Positions 1 through 8,970 of a DNA stretch of 47,489 nucleotides are shown here, piece by piece. The position numbers and the translations under genes were made by a program. The DNA is taken from NCBI GenBank assembly GCA_004298075.1, contig SCRK01000215.1:1-47489 (forward strand). Reading direction: 5' to 3'. A model generated the notes under the pieces. It ran no database searches. It saw nothing but the letters and a program-made list of their open reading frames with translations, and was not told the DNA's origin. This DNA is from a bacterium. GTDB taxonomy: Bacteria; Omnitrophota; Gorgyraeia; Gygaellales; Profunditerraquicolaceae. Position 1 is the first letter of the stretch; every line of letters starts with the position of its first letter.

Positions 1-989
1 TCATGCACCATGGAACGGAATTTATAGAAATTAAAGGGTACCCCCCTTTTCCCGCTCCTCCTGGAAACATAAAAAACCGGCCCCTTTCTTTCAAGTTTGT
101 TCAATAAACCAATAATAAAAAATACCGGAAAAAGAATGATCAGTAAAAGGCCCGAAACACTTATATCAAATATGCGCTTACTAATGCCTTTAGTTTCCGA
201 AGAAGCTTTCTGGAAATAAGTGACCAACGGGAGAGATCCTAAATAATTCAAATTTAACTTTTGTAAAAATAAACCAAATTCATCAATTAAGACCCTGATT
301 GTTTTCCCTGTCTTTTTACACCGAGCAAGGAGATCTTGCATGGCAGCTTTATCAACTGGGCCGACTATGTAAATTTCATCAATAAAGTATTTTTTTACGA
401 CATCTTCAAGGTCTTTGATCTTACCCAAAATTTCGAGGCCATAAAGATTACCAGTCTTTTTATCATCCAAAACACCTTTAACCCGCAAACCTAGAAATGG
501 ATTATCAGCGATTTCCCGTAATATGAGCCCTGTTTCTTCCCCTGCCCCGATAAGCAGCACATTATAATTGGAGAACCCGCTTTCTATCAACTTCCTGACG
601 CATATCCTTTTTAAAATACGCCAGGAAACCGTAAAAACCAGCAGGAATAAGATTGCTTCAACAAATATGGTTCGTGAGAAAATTTCTATTTTTAGCAAAA
701 AAACAAAGAGCGCGGTAAGAAGGGAAGCCGCTCCTACCCCTTTAGTTACCATAAAGCTCTCTTGAGTAATGCTTAAATAACGAGAGGTAGCATAAAGGTG
801 AAAATTATTCAAAACAAAGATCAGGCAGATTCCCCATAGTAAAAATACAGTGAAATATGCTTTCCCGTCCAATGGGTCATGAGGCAGCAAGGAAGAATTG
901 AGCAAGCAAGCTACCGCGAAAGAGGCGCAGATCAACAAAATATCGATAAGAAAGTATAGTAGATGGGCGTATCTATTAGTTCGCAGCAT
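1..989 (-). CDS. Polyprenyl-phosphate glycosylphosphotransferase (bacterial sugar transferase, WbaP/EpsB-like initiating enzyme). Partial: the 3' part of the gene runs off the window at position 1.
   Basis: Absent from the ORF track because no stop codon lies inside the window. Hand translation of the minus strand from the ATG at 989..987 gives MLRTNRYAHLLYFLIDILLICASFAVACLL..., with several hydrophobic helices. This is followed by NVLLIGAGEETGLILREI (Rossmann-like linker domain). It then reads KRIFDISVSGLLLIILFPVFFIIGLLNKLERKGPVFYVSRRSGKRGVPFNFYKFRSMVH, the characteristic opening of the PF02397 catalytic domain. The frame stays open to the window edge. Confidence 0.85.
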   Translation of the reverse strand, partial: MLRTNRYAHLLYFLIDILLICASFAVACLLNSSLLPHDPLDGKAYFTVFLLWGICLIFVLNNFHLYATSRYLSITQESFMVTKGVGAASLLTALFVFLLKIEIFSRTIFVEAILFLLVFTVSWRILKRICVRKLIESGFSNYNVLLIGAGEETGLILREIADNPFLGLRVKGVLDDKKTGNLYGLEILGKIKDLEDVVKKYFIDEIYIVGPVDKAAMQDLLARCKKTGKTIRVLIDEFGLFLQKLNLNYLGSLPLVTYFQKASSETKGISKRIFDISVSGLLLIILFPVFFIIGLLNKLERKGPVFYVSRRSGKRGVPFNFYKFRSMVH

Positions 990-1031
990 AAAAATTATTT
1001 TATCACAAATTAAGGCTTATTTACAGAGAAA

Positions 1032-1847
1032 TCATCGCCCTGGGGAATGGGTTCTACGGCGTGGATGAGGAGCAAAAATTAAATCCATCACTATATAATA
1101 TACGAACAGCGGATAATCCAGCAAATATCTACGCCACAAACGCTTAGGCTCTGTAACCAGCCTGAACAACCACTCAAAACCATTATCCCGTATCCAAAGT
1201 GGGGCTTGCGGCTTGACACCCGCCAAGAAATCAAAGGCCGCGCCTACCCCTATCATCACCGGGACCCGAAGCGCATCCTTGTGGCCATACATCCATAGTT
1301 GCTGCTTGGGGCATCCTAACCCCACCCATACAACATCCGGCTTAGCTTCATTGATTAATCTTGCGACCTTTTCGTCTTCTTCTTTAGCCATCTTTCCGAA
1401 AGGAGGAGCGTAACATCCGCTTATCTTAAGATCAGGAAATTCAGATTTTAAATACCGCAGCAATAATCCTAAGGTTGCTTCTGTTGTGCCGTAAAAAAAA
1501 CTGGAATAACCTTTTTCTTGCGCGACTTTCAAAAAATTAAGCATCAGATCCGGGCCATATACCCTCTTTTTGAACCCGTATCCTTTAAGCCTGGCGAGTA
1601 AAACCAGGGATATACCGTCTAAGACCGTCAATGAACTGCTATTTACCGCGTTTTTGACCCTGCTATCCCTTCTGCTTACGACTGCGTCATAAGCGTTGGA
1701 TACTACGATATAGTTGCCGTGCTCCTTATTTTTGATCCATCCGGAGACAATTTCTATCACCCCGGGGATCTGGACCAAATCGATACGCATCCCCAGAACA
1801 TCCAAGAAAGAATTATCCCTGCCCTTATGCAAAATCCTATTTGTCAT
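1032..1847 (-). CDS. WecB/TagA/CpsF-family glycosyltransferase (GT26)
   Basis: 271 aa. Contains YGPDLMLNFL, FFYGTTEATLGLL, PDVVWVGLGCPKQQLWM, VMIGVGAAFDFLAGVKPQAPLW and GFEWLFRLVTEPKRLWRRYL, which match the GT26 signature blocks. 4-nt start/stop overlap with the upstream gene. Confidence 0.85.
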   Translation of the reverse strand: MTNRILHKGRDNSFLDVLGMRIDLVQIPGVIEIVSGWIKNKEHGNYIVVSNAYDAVVSRRDSRVKNAVNSSSLTVLDGISLVLLARLKGYGFKKRVYGPDLMLNFLKVAQEKGYSSFFYGTTEATLGLLLRYLKSEFPDLKISGCYAPPFGKMAKEEDEKVARLINEAKPDVVWVGLGCPKQQLWMYGHKDALRVPVMIGVGAAFDFLAGVKPQAPLWIRDNGFEWLFRLVTEPKRLWRRYLLDYPLFVYYIVMDLIFAPHPRRRTHSPGR

Positions 1848-2980
1848 TCTCGTTGCGGCCTCTCAATAAAAGGAAGCGCGATCAATAAGGGTATCATCCA
1901 ATAGTAAACATGCCAGGGTATAAGGAGCAGCCCGGAATACACATATGCCGCAATCGCGCTTAAGGCAATTAAAATATGGGCCTGGCTGGCCAGCGGGAGC
2001 TTTCTTATGACGGTGCAATATAGTTGAAATAATACAATTATTACAAAAAAGAGCATCTCAAAATTTCCTCTTGTATACAGGGCCGTCCCCCACAAATAAC
2101 CGGAAAGAAAATGCTTGTAATTCAAGACCAGAAAAGGCAGTGAGAGCAGGATAACGATCAAAACCGCCCCCAGGACGGAATATGCCAGATATTTAAGATT
2201 ATTCCTTAAAATAAGGAAGAGCACCGCCGCAGCGGGGAATAGATAGCTTATCCTAAACATACAGCTAATTCCCAGGAGAATGCCGATAATAAAAAATCTT
2301 AACCAGGCAGTTTTAATCCGGCCCTTCAAGAATATAAACAGGGATAGATACAAAAACGGCCAGCCGCAGAGGATATCCTCCGCGCTTTCCCAATAACACC
2401 AATTAAAATACGGAAAAAATACCATGACGCTCAAGGCTAATGTTAAAATCGGATAGCCCGTTTCTTTTTCTACGTATTTCCAGAGGTAAAAAATGATGAA
2501 GGCCATGACAAAAACAGGGAATATATTAATATTGTTGAAGAAAAATACAAAGGGCAAAGAAAATAGAACCGAAGCCGGACCGCAAGTTATCGGAGCGGGC
2601 TGGCAAAAAGTTGCTTTATCAAACGGATAGATGCCTTGTAAAAAATATAACACCGACTGGTATAAGGCATCATCCCTGTCCCCCTCTTTGCCTATAGAAT
2701 CCATGCCCCGGTATAATTTTATTCCTACGTATAGGATAAAGAAAGCTATTACGATCAGGAAATTAAAAGTTTCTCTTTTTATCTTCCGATTGACCAACGC
2801 ATAAAGATATAAGAATAAGCTGGGAAGGGTCAGGAAGGTGACCGGCAACAAACTGAGGGCCTCCCCTCTTAAGCCTAAATACCGGGGGTGAACGATCATA
2901 AATACAAAAAGGAGCAGGGCGATAAGAATTTCTCTCATTCCGATACTTTTAAAATCATTGCTATTATTCATCTCCTGCAC
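1844..2980 (-). CDS. Polytopic membrane protein, possible GT-C-fold glycosyltransferase (GT87/DUF2029-like)
   Basis: 378 aa and almost entirely hydrophobic helices. The first hydrophilic loop reads GDRDDALYQSVLYFLQGIYPFD, which resembles the D..Y......L.G..PY motif of DUF2029/GT87 polyprenol-phosphate-sugar-dependent transferases. The functional call is weak. Confidence 0.45.
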   Translation of the reverse strand: MQEMNNSNDFKSIGMREILIALLLFVFMIVHPRYLGLRGEALSLLPVTFLTLPSLFLYLYALVNRKIKRETFNFLIVIAFFILYVGIKLYRGMDSIGKEGDRDDALYQSVLYFLQGIYPFDKATFCQPAPITCGPASVLFSLPFVFFFNNINIFPVFVMAFIIFYLWKYVEKETGYPILTLALSVMVFFPYFNWCYWESAEDILCGWPFLYLSLFIFLKGRIKTAWLRFFIIGILLGISCMFRISYLFPAAAVLFLILRNNLKYLAYSVLGAVLIVILLSLPFLVLNYKHFLSGYLWGTALYTRGNFEMLFFVIIVLFQLYCTVIRKLPLASQAHILIALSAIAAYVYSGLLLIPWHVYYWMIPLLIALPFIERPQRE

Positions 2981-2999
2981 CCCCCTGCATAAAACGCGT

Positions 3000-3674
3000 T
3001 TATTCTTTAATCACTTCCATAATAATGACTGAACCGCATTTTGAAAATAGCCTTTGTTCGATCTTGAAAACAAACTCTGCTAATTTTCTGGAAAATACGG
3101 CCAGAAAAGGAGAAATTATTAATATTGTCTTTTTATCTATAATTTTGAACCCTCTCTCCCGGAGTATCCTGCCTAGTTTCTTGCTATCAAAATGGGTAAT
3201 ATGCTGCTTCATATAATTTACAGGCCCGACAGCACTAACTACCAATTCCAGGAATGGCCAGATGCTCTTATAATTAGGCGTAGAAATAACCGCCTTGCCG
3301 CCTTTTTTTAGAACTCGCATGATCTCCCCTAATATCTTGTTGAATCCCCCCTCATCAAAATGTTCAATAGTCTCGATCAAAAGTATTGTAAATACGGACC
3401 CTGAAGAGAAGGGCAAATCAGTGGCGCTGGCATTAATATGAAAAATTCCCGGATTTATTTTACGGCTGTAAGATAGCTGCCCAAAAGAATAATCCAGGTT
3501 AACTTTCAAGCCGTCAAAATCTCCGTGGATATTAAAAAAAGTCCCTGGACCGGAACCTACATCTACGGCCGGAGTCCTGTTGATTTTAGCCGAAACGAAT
3601 TCGAATTTTTTCGAATGCCAAAAACGCTGGATCGGATTATTTTTTAGCGCCAGGTGATAATACCCGTCTCTCAC
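3000..3674 (-). CDS. Class I SAM-dependent methyltransferase
   Basis: 224 aa. Motif I is AVDVGSGPGTFF. Also has acidic loop/post-I features and GGKAVISTPN, typical of the Methyltransf_11/23 type. Confidence 0.8.
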   Translation of the reverse strand: MRDGYYHLALKNNPIQRFWHSKKFEFVSAKINRTPAVDVGSGPGTFFNIHGDFDGLKVNLDYSFGQLSYSRKINPGIFHINASATDLPFSSGSVFTILLIETIEHFDEGGFNKILGEIMRVLKKGGKAVISTPNYKSIWPFLELVVSAVGPVNYMKQHITHFDSKKLGRILRERGFKIIDKKTILIISPFLAVFSRKLAEFVFKIEQRLFSKCGSVIIMEVIKE

Positions 3675-3676
3675 TT

Positions 3677-5185
3677 TTATGCCCTCTTTTTAGATTTTAA
3701 GAAAGCCCAAAGATAGTCCTTAATCGCAGAGGAATCTTTTCTAAAATAATCCAGGAAAACATTCTTAGTGTAACTAACCGGCCTTCTCAGGAATAAAAAC
3801 AGCTGGGTTTTAAGGGTCTCCCGTAGCCAGATCCTGTCTATTTCCCGGCAGGTAAAATATTCCGTATTTATTATCGACCTTGCCGGCGTCATGGAAAAAT
3901 CATCAACAAATCTTTCTTTGTCAAGCATACCCTTATTATTTGCCAGTCTGTAAAGCTCAGTGCCGGGATAGGGGGTGGCAATAAAGTATTTTACGCTGTG
4001 GGCGTTTAAACTCCTTGATAAAGCGAATGTCTTCTTAAGGTCTTCCGGGGTTTCCCCGGGGAAACCAATTACAAAAAAGGTATCAACGATAAAGCCCTGC
4101 TTCAGCGACTCCTTAACGATCTCCTTGATCTTATCAAGATCAAGCGGTTTTCTTATGATTTGTTTCAGGGTACGCTCGCTGCCGGATTCTATGGCCAGGG
4201 TTAACTTGTAAAATCCGGCTTTTTTCATTTTCCGCAGCAACTCTTTATTCAAAGACCACACCGCGATCCCATTAGGCGTAGAAAATTTAGCCTTTATTTT
4301 TCTCTCAACAATAAGATCACAGATCCTTCCTGCCCTGTTCACGTCAAATGTAAAATTGTCATCCTCTATCTGAAATTCTGTAATACCGAACTCCTTCTGC
4401 AAATCCACGATCTCATCGATTACATTTTCCGGAGACCTGAAACGTATATTATAACCCCAGACAGAATGGATCGAGCAAAAAGTACACCTGCCCGGACAAC
4501 CTCTGGAGGTGATAATCGTGGCCGCCTTAGCCATCCTGGAAACGGTGCCATGCGATCTATTCAGCTCAAAATATTTTCTAACCGGTAAGAGGCTCCTGGC
4601 AGGAACAGCCAGGCCATCTAAGTTGGCGATGTATTTAGTTTTTTTATTAACGACGCTCTTGCCTAATTTGTTTCTATAGGCTATTCCGTCGATATTCTCT
4701 ATCAGGTTATCCTTGCCTTCATTTAAATACCTCAATAGCAATGCAAAGGTTTCTTCTCCTTCTCCGATAATAATATAATCGACGCTCTTGCGGTTATCCA
4801 GTATCTGTATTGCGCATTCAGATACAAGCGCCCCGCCCATGACAATGGGGGTTTGAGGGAACTCGCTTTTTATCATTTCTGCCAGATCCCGGGAATTCTT
4901 TAGCTGCACCCCAAACATACAGGATATCCCTATTGCATCCGGTTTCTCCTGCCGGACTTTTGCCATTATATCTTCCGGGTATAAGCCGTATTGAACCTGG
5001 TCATTCCCTGCTTCCATGCTTTTCTCCCATCCTTCTATAGGGGCATCTACCAGCTTAACCTCATACCCCTCCCTTAGCAATCCCCCGGCTAAGTAAATAA
5101 TCCCCAGGGGAAACTGGACTCTTTTAGGATAAACCTTAGGAATGGGATAGGGAGGAAAAATTAATAAAATCTTCTTAATCTTCAT
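3677..5185 (-). CDS. B12-binding-domain radical SAM protein
   Basis: 502 aa. The N-terminal cobalamin-binding-like domain reads MKIKKILLIFPPYPIP...FPLGIIYLAGGLLREGYEVKLVDA...AIGISCMF...PIVMGGA. It is followed by the radical SAM cluster motif TSRGCPGRCTFCSI (CxxxCxxC). Confidence 0.85.
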   Translation of the reverse strand: MKIKKILLIFPPYPIPKVYPKRVQFPLGIIYLAGGLLREGYEVKLVDAPIEGWEKSMEAGNDQVQYGLYPEDIMAKVRQEKPDAIGISCMFGVQLKNSRDLAEMIKSEFPQTPIVMGGALVSECAIQILDNRKSVDYIIIGEGEETFALLLRYLNEGKDNLIENIDGIAYRNKLGKSVVNKKTKYIANLDGLAVPARSLLPVRKYFELNRSHGTVSRMAKAATIITSRGCPGRCTFCSIHSVWGYNIRFRSPENVIDEIVDLQKEFGITEFQIEDDNFTFDVNRAGRICDLIVERKIKAKFSTPNGIAVWSLNKELLRKMKKAGFYKLTLAIESGSERTLKQIIRKPLDLDKIKEIVKESLKQGFIVDTFFVIGFPGETPEDLKKTFALSRSLNAHSVKYFIATPYPGTELYRLANNKGMLDKERFVDDFSMTPARSIINTEYFTCREIDRIWLRETLKTQLFLFLRRPVSYTKNVFLDYFRKDSSAIKDYLWAFLKSKKRA

Positions 5186-5885
5186 TTTTACTAAACACTA
5201 ATTTCCAAACGGTGAAAAAGGCTTCGATAATGATCTTCTTTGAGATCTTGGACTTCCCATGCTGCCTGTCTACAAAAATTATAGGGATCTCTTTGACATT
5301 AAACCCCTTCTTCAAGACTTTATAATGCATTTCTATCTGGAAAGAATACCCTTCAGAACGTATCTTGTCTAATGATATTGATTCCAATACTCTTCGCCTG
5401 AAGCACTTAAAACCCGAGGTTACATCCTTTACCGGCATGCTGGTAACTAAGCGGGTATAGAGATTGGCCGTCCTGCTGAGTACCTGCCGCCAGACCGGCC
5501 AATTGACTACCCCGCCATTCTCAATATATCTGGAACCTATGCATAAATCACTATCATTAATCGCATCCAGCAACCTCAAAAGATCCCTGGGGCTATGCGA
5601 AAAATCAGCATCCATCTCGCATATCAGCTCATAGTTACGCATAAGAGCCCATTTAAAACCATCAATATAGGCCCTGCCCATGCCGAGTTTTCCCGGGCGG
5701 TGTAATATATTAACTTCTTTATGGAGCCCGGAAAGCCTCTCAACTTCCTGTCCTGTGCCGTCAGGAGAATTATCATCAACTACAAGTATGTCGAAATTTC
5801 CATCCAAGGAAAGCAACTCGAGTATTAACTTGCTAATATTCTTGATTTCATTATAAGTCGGGATAACGACTACTTTTTTGTTCAA
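5175..5885 (-). CDS. GT2 polyprenol-phosphate glycosyltransferase (Dpm1/Ppm1-like polyprenol monophosphate sugar synthase)
   Basis: 236 aa. Contains VVIPTYNEIKNI, ILVVDDNSPDGTG, MDADFSH and GSRY. This is a short soluble GT2 of the dolichyl/polyprenyl-phosphate mannose synthase type. Confidence 0.8.
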   Translation of the reverse strand: MNKKVVVIPTYNEIKNISKLILELLSLDGNFDILVVDDNSPDGTGQEVERLSGLHKEVNILHRPGKLGMGRAYIDGFKWALMRNYELICEMDADFSHSPRDLLRLLDAINDSDLCIGSRYIENGGVVNWPVWRQVLSRTANLYTRLVTSMPVKDVTSGFKCFRRRVLESISLDKIRSEGYSFQIEMHYKVLKKGFNVKEIPIIFVDRQHGKSKISKKIIIEAFFTVWKLVFSKNED

Positions 5886-5901
5886 AGACAGCCTCCTGCT
5901 T

Positions 5902-7413
5902 TTATTTCTTCAGAAAAGACTTGATCTTTTCTATGGCATTTTCCTGAAAATCAACCTTAAGCCTCTTAGCGGATCCCTTTTCCCTGGCAAGCGAAAATAT
6001 CCTCCAGGTCCGGTTTTTATATACCTCCTGCGATTCCTTGACCCCTTCCAAATCAACCTGAGGGCATTCATCCCTGAAGATCATTAAATTACCTCCCGGT
6101 TCATTTAGCTTACCGGCGGTTAAAACCGAATCATTTAAATAAACAGTTTGCGCGTTCGTAAAATAATTCAATGCGCCGCAGGCTTCCATACATGGTGCGG
6201 CCATGAAATAAACGTTCCCTTTGCTTTGTCTTTCAAGGCCAACGATAAATTGTTCCGTTTTTTTGATGTCCCTCATTTTGGATATCCTTAAAAAACAGAT
6301 AAAAAACAGCACAAGTAAAACAAGAACAAGCATCAACGAATTAATAAGAATCTTTATTTTCGGGGATTTAGAGTTTAAAATTGAATAAACCGGGAAAAGC
6401 ATCCCCATAACAAACGGGGTTAATACGCTTAAATGATAATTGGGGAATCCCCAGGGAGCTAAAACCGCAATAAAACATACCAGCCCTAAAGGAAAGATCA
6501 AAAAAACCGGAGAAAACTTATTTTCCCTTCTTAAGATTATAACGGCCAGAACAATAAAATAAAAGACCGATAAAAGCGTGAGCATCTTTATTAATGAGGG
6601 GGCTGCCGTTAGATTAAGGGCCAAGGCGTGGAAATTAAGGCTACTGCCGTATTTTGAGGTATAAGAACCTTTCAGTTGGACCGTAACCGTAAAAATAAAA
6701 TAGAGAATAAACAATATGAGGTTCAGGATGAAATTAAAAATACAGGTTCTTTTTCTGGCGAGGAGGAAAAGGACCGGGCATAATAAAAGCATTGCTAAAT
6801 TAAGAAAGACCCCCTCGGGATGGCTTAAGACGCTTAATAAAATAGCGACGGTAGATAAAACAAAGTAAATTTTCTTTTCTTTCGCGTAGCCCATATAGAA
6901 CAAATAAATAGCCAGGCCGCTAAAAAAAATGATGAACTTGGTCTGCGGGGATATATACATGAAATTATTCCAGAAGGGAGTAAAAAGAAAGAATGAAAGC
7001 GGGTATAAAAATATATTATAATAAAAATCATTTTTCACCGATTGCCAGGTTTTATGCAGTATTAAACCCCATAAAAGGAGGGTAATTAAATTAAAGATCA
7101 CGATACTCAAATAGATCAATAAGGGGGCGTTCCTGAAAATATGGTAGGCCAGCATAGCCCAGCTCCAGAAAACCGGCCTGAACATCCCCCAATGAAAATC
7201 ACCCACAATTAACTGCGTCAAATTGCCAAAAAAATCCCCCCCAGACCAAACAATTTTGGCTCTTTCCAGCATCCCTGAATCATCCATTAAGCCCCAGGAA
7301 GGAGCATAAAACAGGAATGCGCCGACGATTAAAAGAGAAAACAAGATGAATACCGAAAAAGGCACTATTTTTCTAGAACTGGGGTTTTCCATTGTTTTTA
7401 AGCTACAATCCAT
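5902..7413 (-). CDS. Polytopic membrane protein, probable GT-C-fold glycosyltransferase (ArnT/PMT-like) with a C-terminal soluble domain
   Basis: 503 aa with about 11-13 hydrophobic helices. An acidic motif after the first helix (APSWGLMDDSGML) is consistent with the first-loop DD/DE motif of GT-C enzymes. The last ~110 aa are hydrophilic. Lies directly upstream of the polyprenol-phosphate sugar synthase. An alternative start is M8 at 7392. Confidence 0.5.
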   Translation of the reverse strand: MDCSLKTMENPSSRKIVPFSVFILFSLLIVGAFLFYAPSWGLMDDSGMLERAKIVWSGGDFFGNLTQLIVGDFHWGMFRPVFWSWAMLAYHIFRNAPLLIYLSIVIFNLITLLLWGLILHKTWQSVKNDFYYNIFLYPLSFFLFTPFWNNFMYISPQTKFIIFFSGLAIYLFYMGYAKEKKIYFVLSTVAILLSVLSHPEGVFLNLAMLLLCPVLFLLARKRTCIFNFILNLILFILYFIFTVTVQLKGSYTSKYGSSLNFHALALNLTAAPSLIKMLTLLSVFYFIVLAVIILRRENKFSPVFLIFPLGLVCFIAVLAPWGFPNYHLSVLTPFVMGMLFPVYSILNSKSPKIKILINSLMLVLVLLVLFFICFLRISKMRDIKKTEQFIVGLERQSKGNVYFMAAPCMEACGALNYFTNAQTVYLNDSVLTAGKLNEPGGNLMIFRDECPQVDLEGVKESQEVYKNRTWRIFSLAREKGSAKRLKVDFQENAIEKIKSFLKK

Positions 7414-8251
7414 TTATTTTACGTAAATCAGCGTATATTTCGGAAACATCGGTTTGATCCGCAACAGGCAAAACCTTCTCCTCCACCACTTTCATATCCA
7501 ACCCAGCCTCTTTTAAAAGTAAATTTAAAAGATCCCGCATCCTGATACTCCTGCCGCTGCCGACATTATATACTTCTCCCGCTATCCCGTGTTCCATGAT
7601 TTTTTGATAAAATTTAACGGCTTGCTTAACATCAATATAATCCCTCTTTGACTCAACATTACCCACTATGACCTTAGAAATCTCTCCATTTTTTATTTTT
7701 TCTATCTGCTCATGAACTTTACCGATAAACATCAGTTTAGATATCCGCTTGCCTTCTCCGGATAAATTAAAAGGCCGGGCCATTACCAGATCCATCCCGT
7801 AAACTTTGCAGTAAAACCTCATCAACTGCGTCTGATAAACTTTGGTAAGCCCGTGGATCCGGCAAGGCCGAAGCGGCTGATCTTCATTAACCGGGTTATC
7901 TCCTGCGTTAACCAAACCATATTCAGCAGAGCTCCCGATCAATAAAACACGGCTGGGAAGCGCTAATTTTAACAGGGAGTCCAGGATATTTTTTGTGCTC
8001 AGGACATTCGCCGGATAATCGATATCATAATTATTGGTAAAACTGCCGGCTAGATGATAGATCCGCTCGGGACGGATCCCTTTGATCAATTCCTCTACTT
8101 CCCCTTTTTGCGTCAGATCACAACTCATGATCTTTCCGGGAGCGCCGGAAGCACAATCCGCCAGGTGAAGCTCAAGCCTGCAGTCTGCAGCAAGAAGCTT
8201 AAGAAGATAATGCGCGGTAAATCCCGAGGCGCCAGTAACCAATACTCTCAT
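7403..8251 (-). CDS. Extended-SDR NAD-dependent epimerase/4-ketoreductase (GDP-6-deoxy-mannose-reductase-like) with an atypical HxxxK in place of YxxxK
   Basis: 282 aa. Has VLVTGASGFTAHYL (Rossmann motif), LLIGSSAEYG (catalytic Ser region), PLRPCRIHGLTK where PxxPYxxSK is expected, and ARPFNLSG. Confidence 0.75.
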   Translation of the reverse strand: MRVLVTGASGFTAHYLLKLLAADCRLELHLADCASGAPGKIMSCDLTQKGEVEELIKGIRPERIYHLAGSFTNNYDIDYPANVLSTKNILDSLLKLALPSRVLLIGSSAEYGLVNAGDNPVNEDQPLRPCRIHGLTKVYQTQLMRFYCKVYGMDLVMARPFNLSGEGKRISKLMFIGKVHEQIEKIKNGEISKVIVGNVESKRDYIDVKQAVKFYQKIMEHGIAGEVYNVGSGRSIRMRDLLNLLLKEAGLDMKVVEEKVLPVADQTDVSEIYADLRKINGL

Positions 8252-8970
8252 TCTTTAAGCCCTAATTTTTTCTTTATTTCCGGATAATGCTCATTAGCAT
8301 ACTGATAATCATCCGCCCGGCCGACATCTAGCCAAAATCCGTCAAAGATGCGAATCCTTATTTTCTCCCCGTTCTTTATGCCGTCAAGCATCAGTTGATC
8401 GAAGCCATACGGCTGGGCCTTAGGTATTTTCTTTATCACTGAACGGTTAAAGCAGTATATCCCCATACTGACATCAAAACGATAGGTTGGTTTTTCATGA
8501 AATTCAGTCAGATAGTGATCGCTGTCATATTTCAATACCCCGAAATCTATAACTGATTCCCTTGAGCAGGCCGCCACTGAAATTTGGTCTTTATTTTTTA
8601 CGTGTTCATCGTAGAATCTCTTAAAATTAAGATCGCAAAGAATATCGGAGTTCATTACAAGGAAATTCTCCGGGAGCTTATCAATAATGGTCAGCGGCCC
8701 CACCGTATTAAGCGGTTTATCCTCAAGTGAATAATCGATCAAAACGCCCCACTTCTTCCCGTCGCCGAAATAAGCCATCACCAGGTCGACAAGGTGATTG
8801 ACCGCCAGGGTAATATGAGTAAAACCTTCACCGGCTAACTGCTTGATGACCAATTCCAGCACTGAACATTCTCCGCCGATCGGGACCAGCGGCTTGGGAA
8901 TCAAAGTTGTGTAAGGTTTAAGCCGGCTGCCTTTCCCTCCTGCCAAAATAATCGCTTTCATATCAGACAT
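8248..8970 (-). CDS. Sugar-1-phosphate nucleotidyltransferase
   Basis: 240 aa. Has the AIILAGGKGSRLKPYTTLIPKPLVPIGG signature (GxGxRL...KP) of NTP_transferase proteins. 4-nt and 8-nt overlaps with the two neighbouring genes. Confidence 0.85.
   Translation of the reverse strand: MSDMKAIILAGGKGSRLKPYTTLIPKPLVPIGGECSVLELVIKQLAGEGFTHITLAVNHLVDLVMAYFGDGKKWGVLIDYSLEDKPLNTVGPLTIIDKLPENFLVMNSDILCDLNFKRFYDEHVKNKDQISVAACSRESVIDFGVLKYDSDHYLTEFHEKPTYRFDVSMGIYCFNRSVIKKIPKAQPYGFDQLMLDGIKNGEKIRIRIFDGFWLDVGRADDYQYANEHYPEIKKKLGLKE

Noticed and set aside
568-765. Plus-strand 65-aa ORF listed in the track
   Set aside because: It lies antisense inside the hand-recovered minus-strand sugar-transferase gene (1..989), which has clear family motifs. 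The plus-strand product has no motif and is a shadow ORF.
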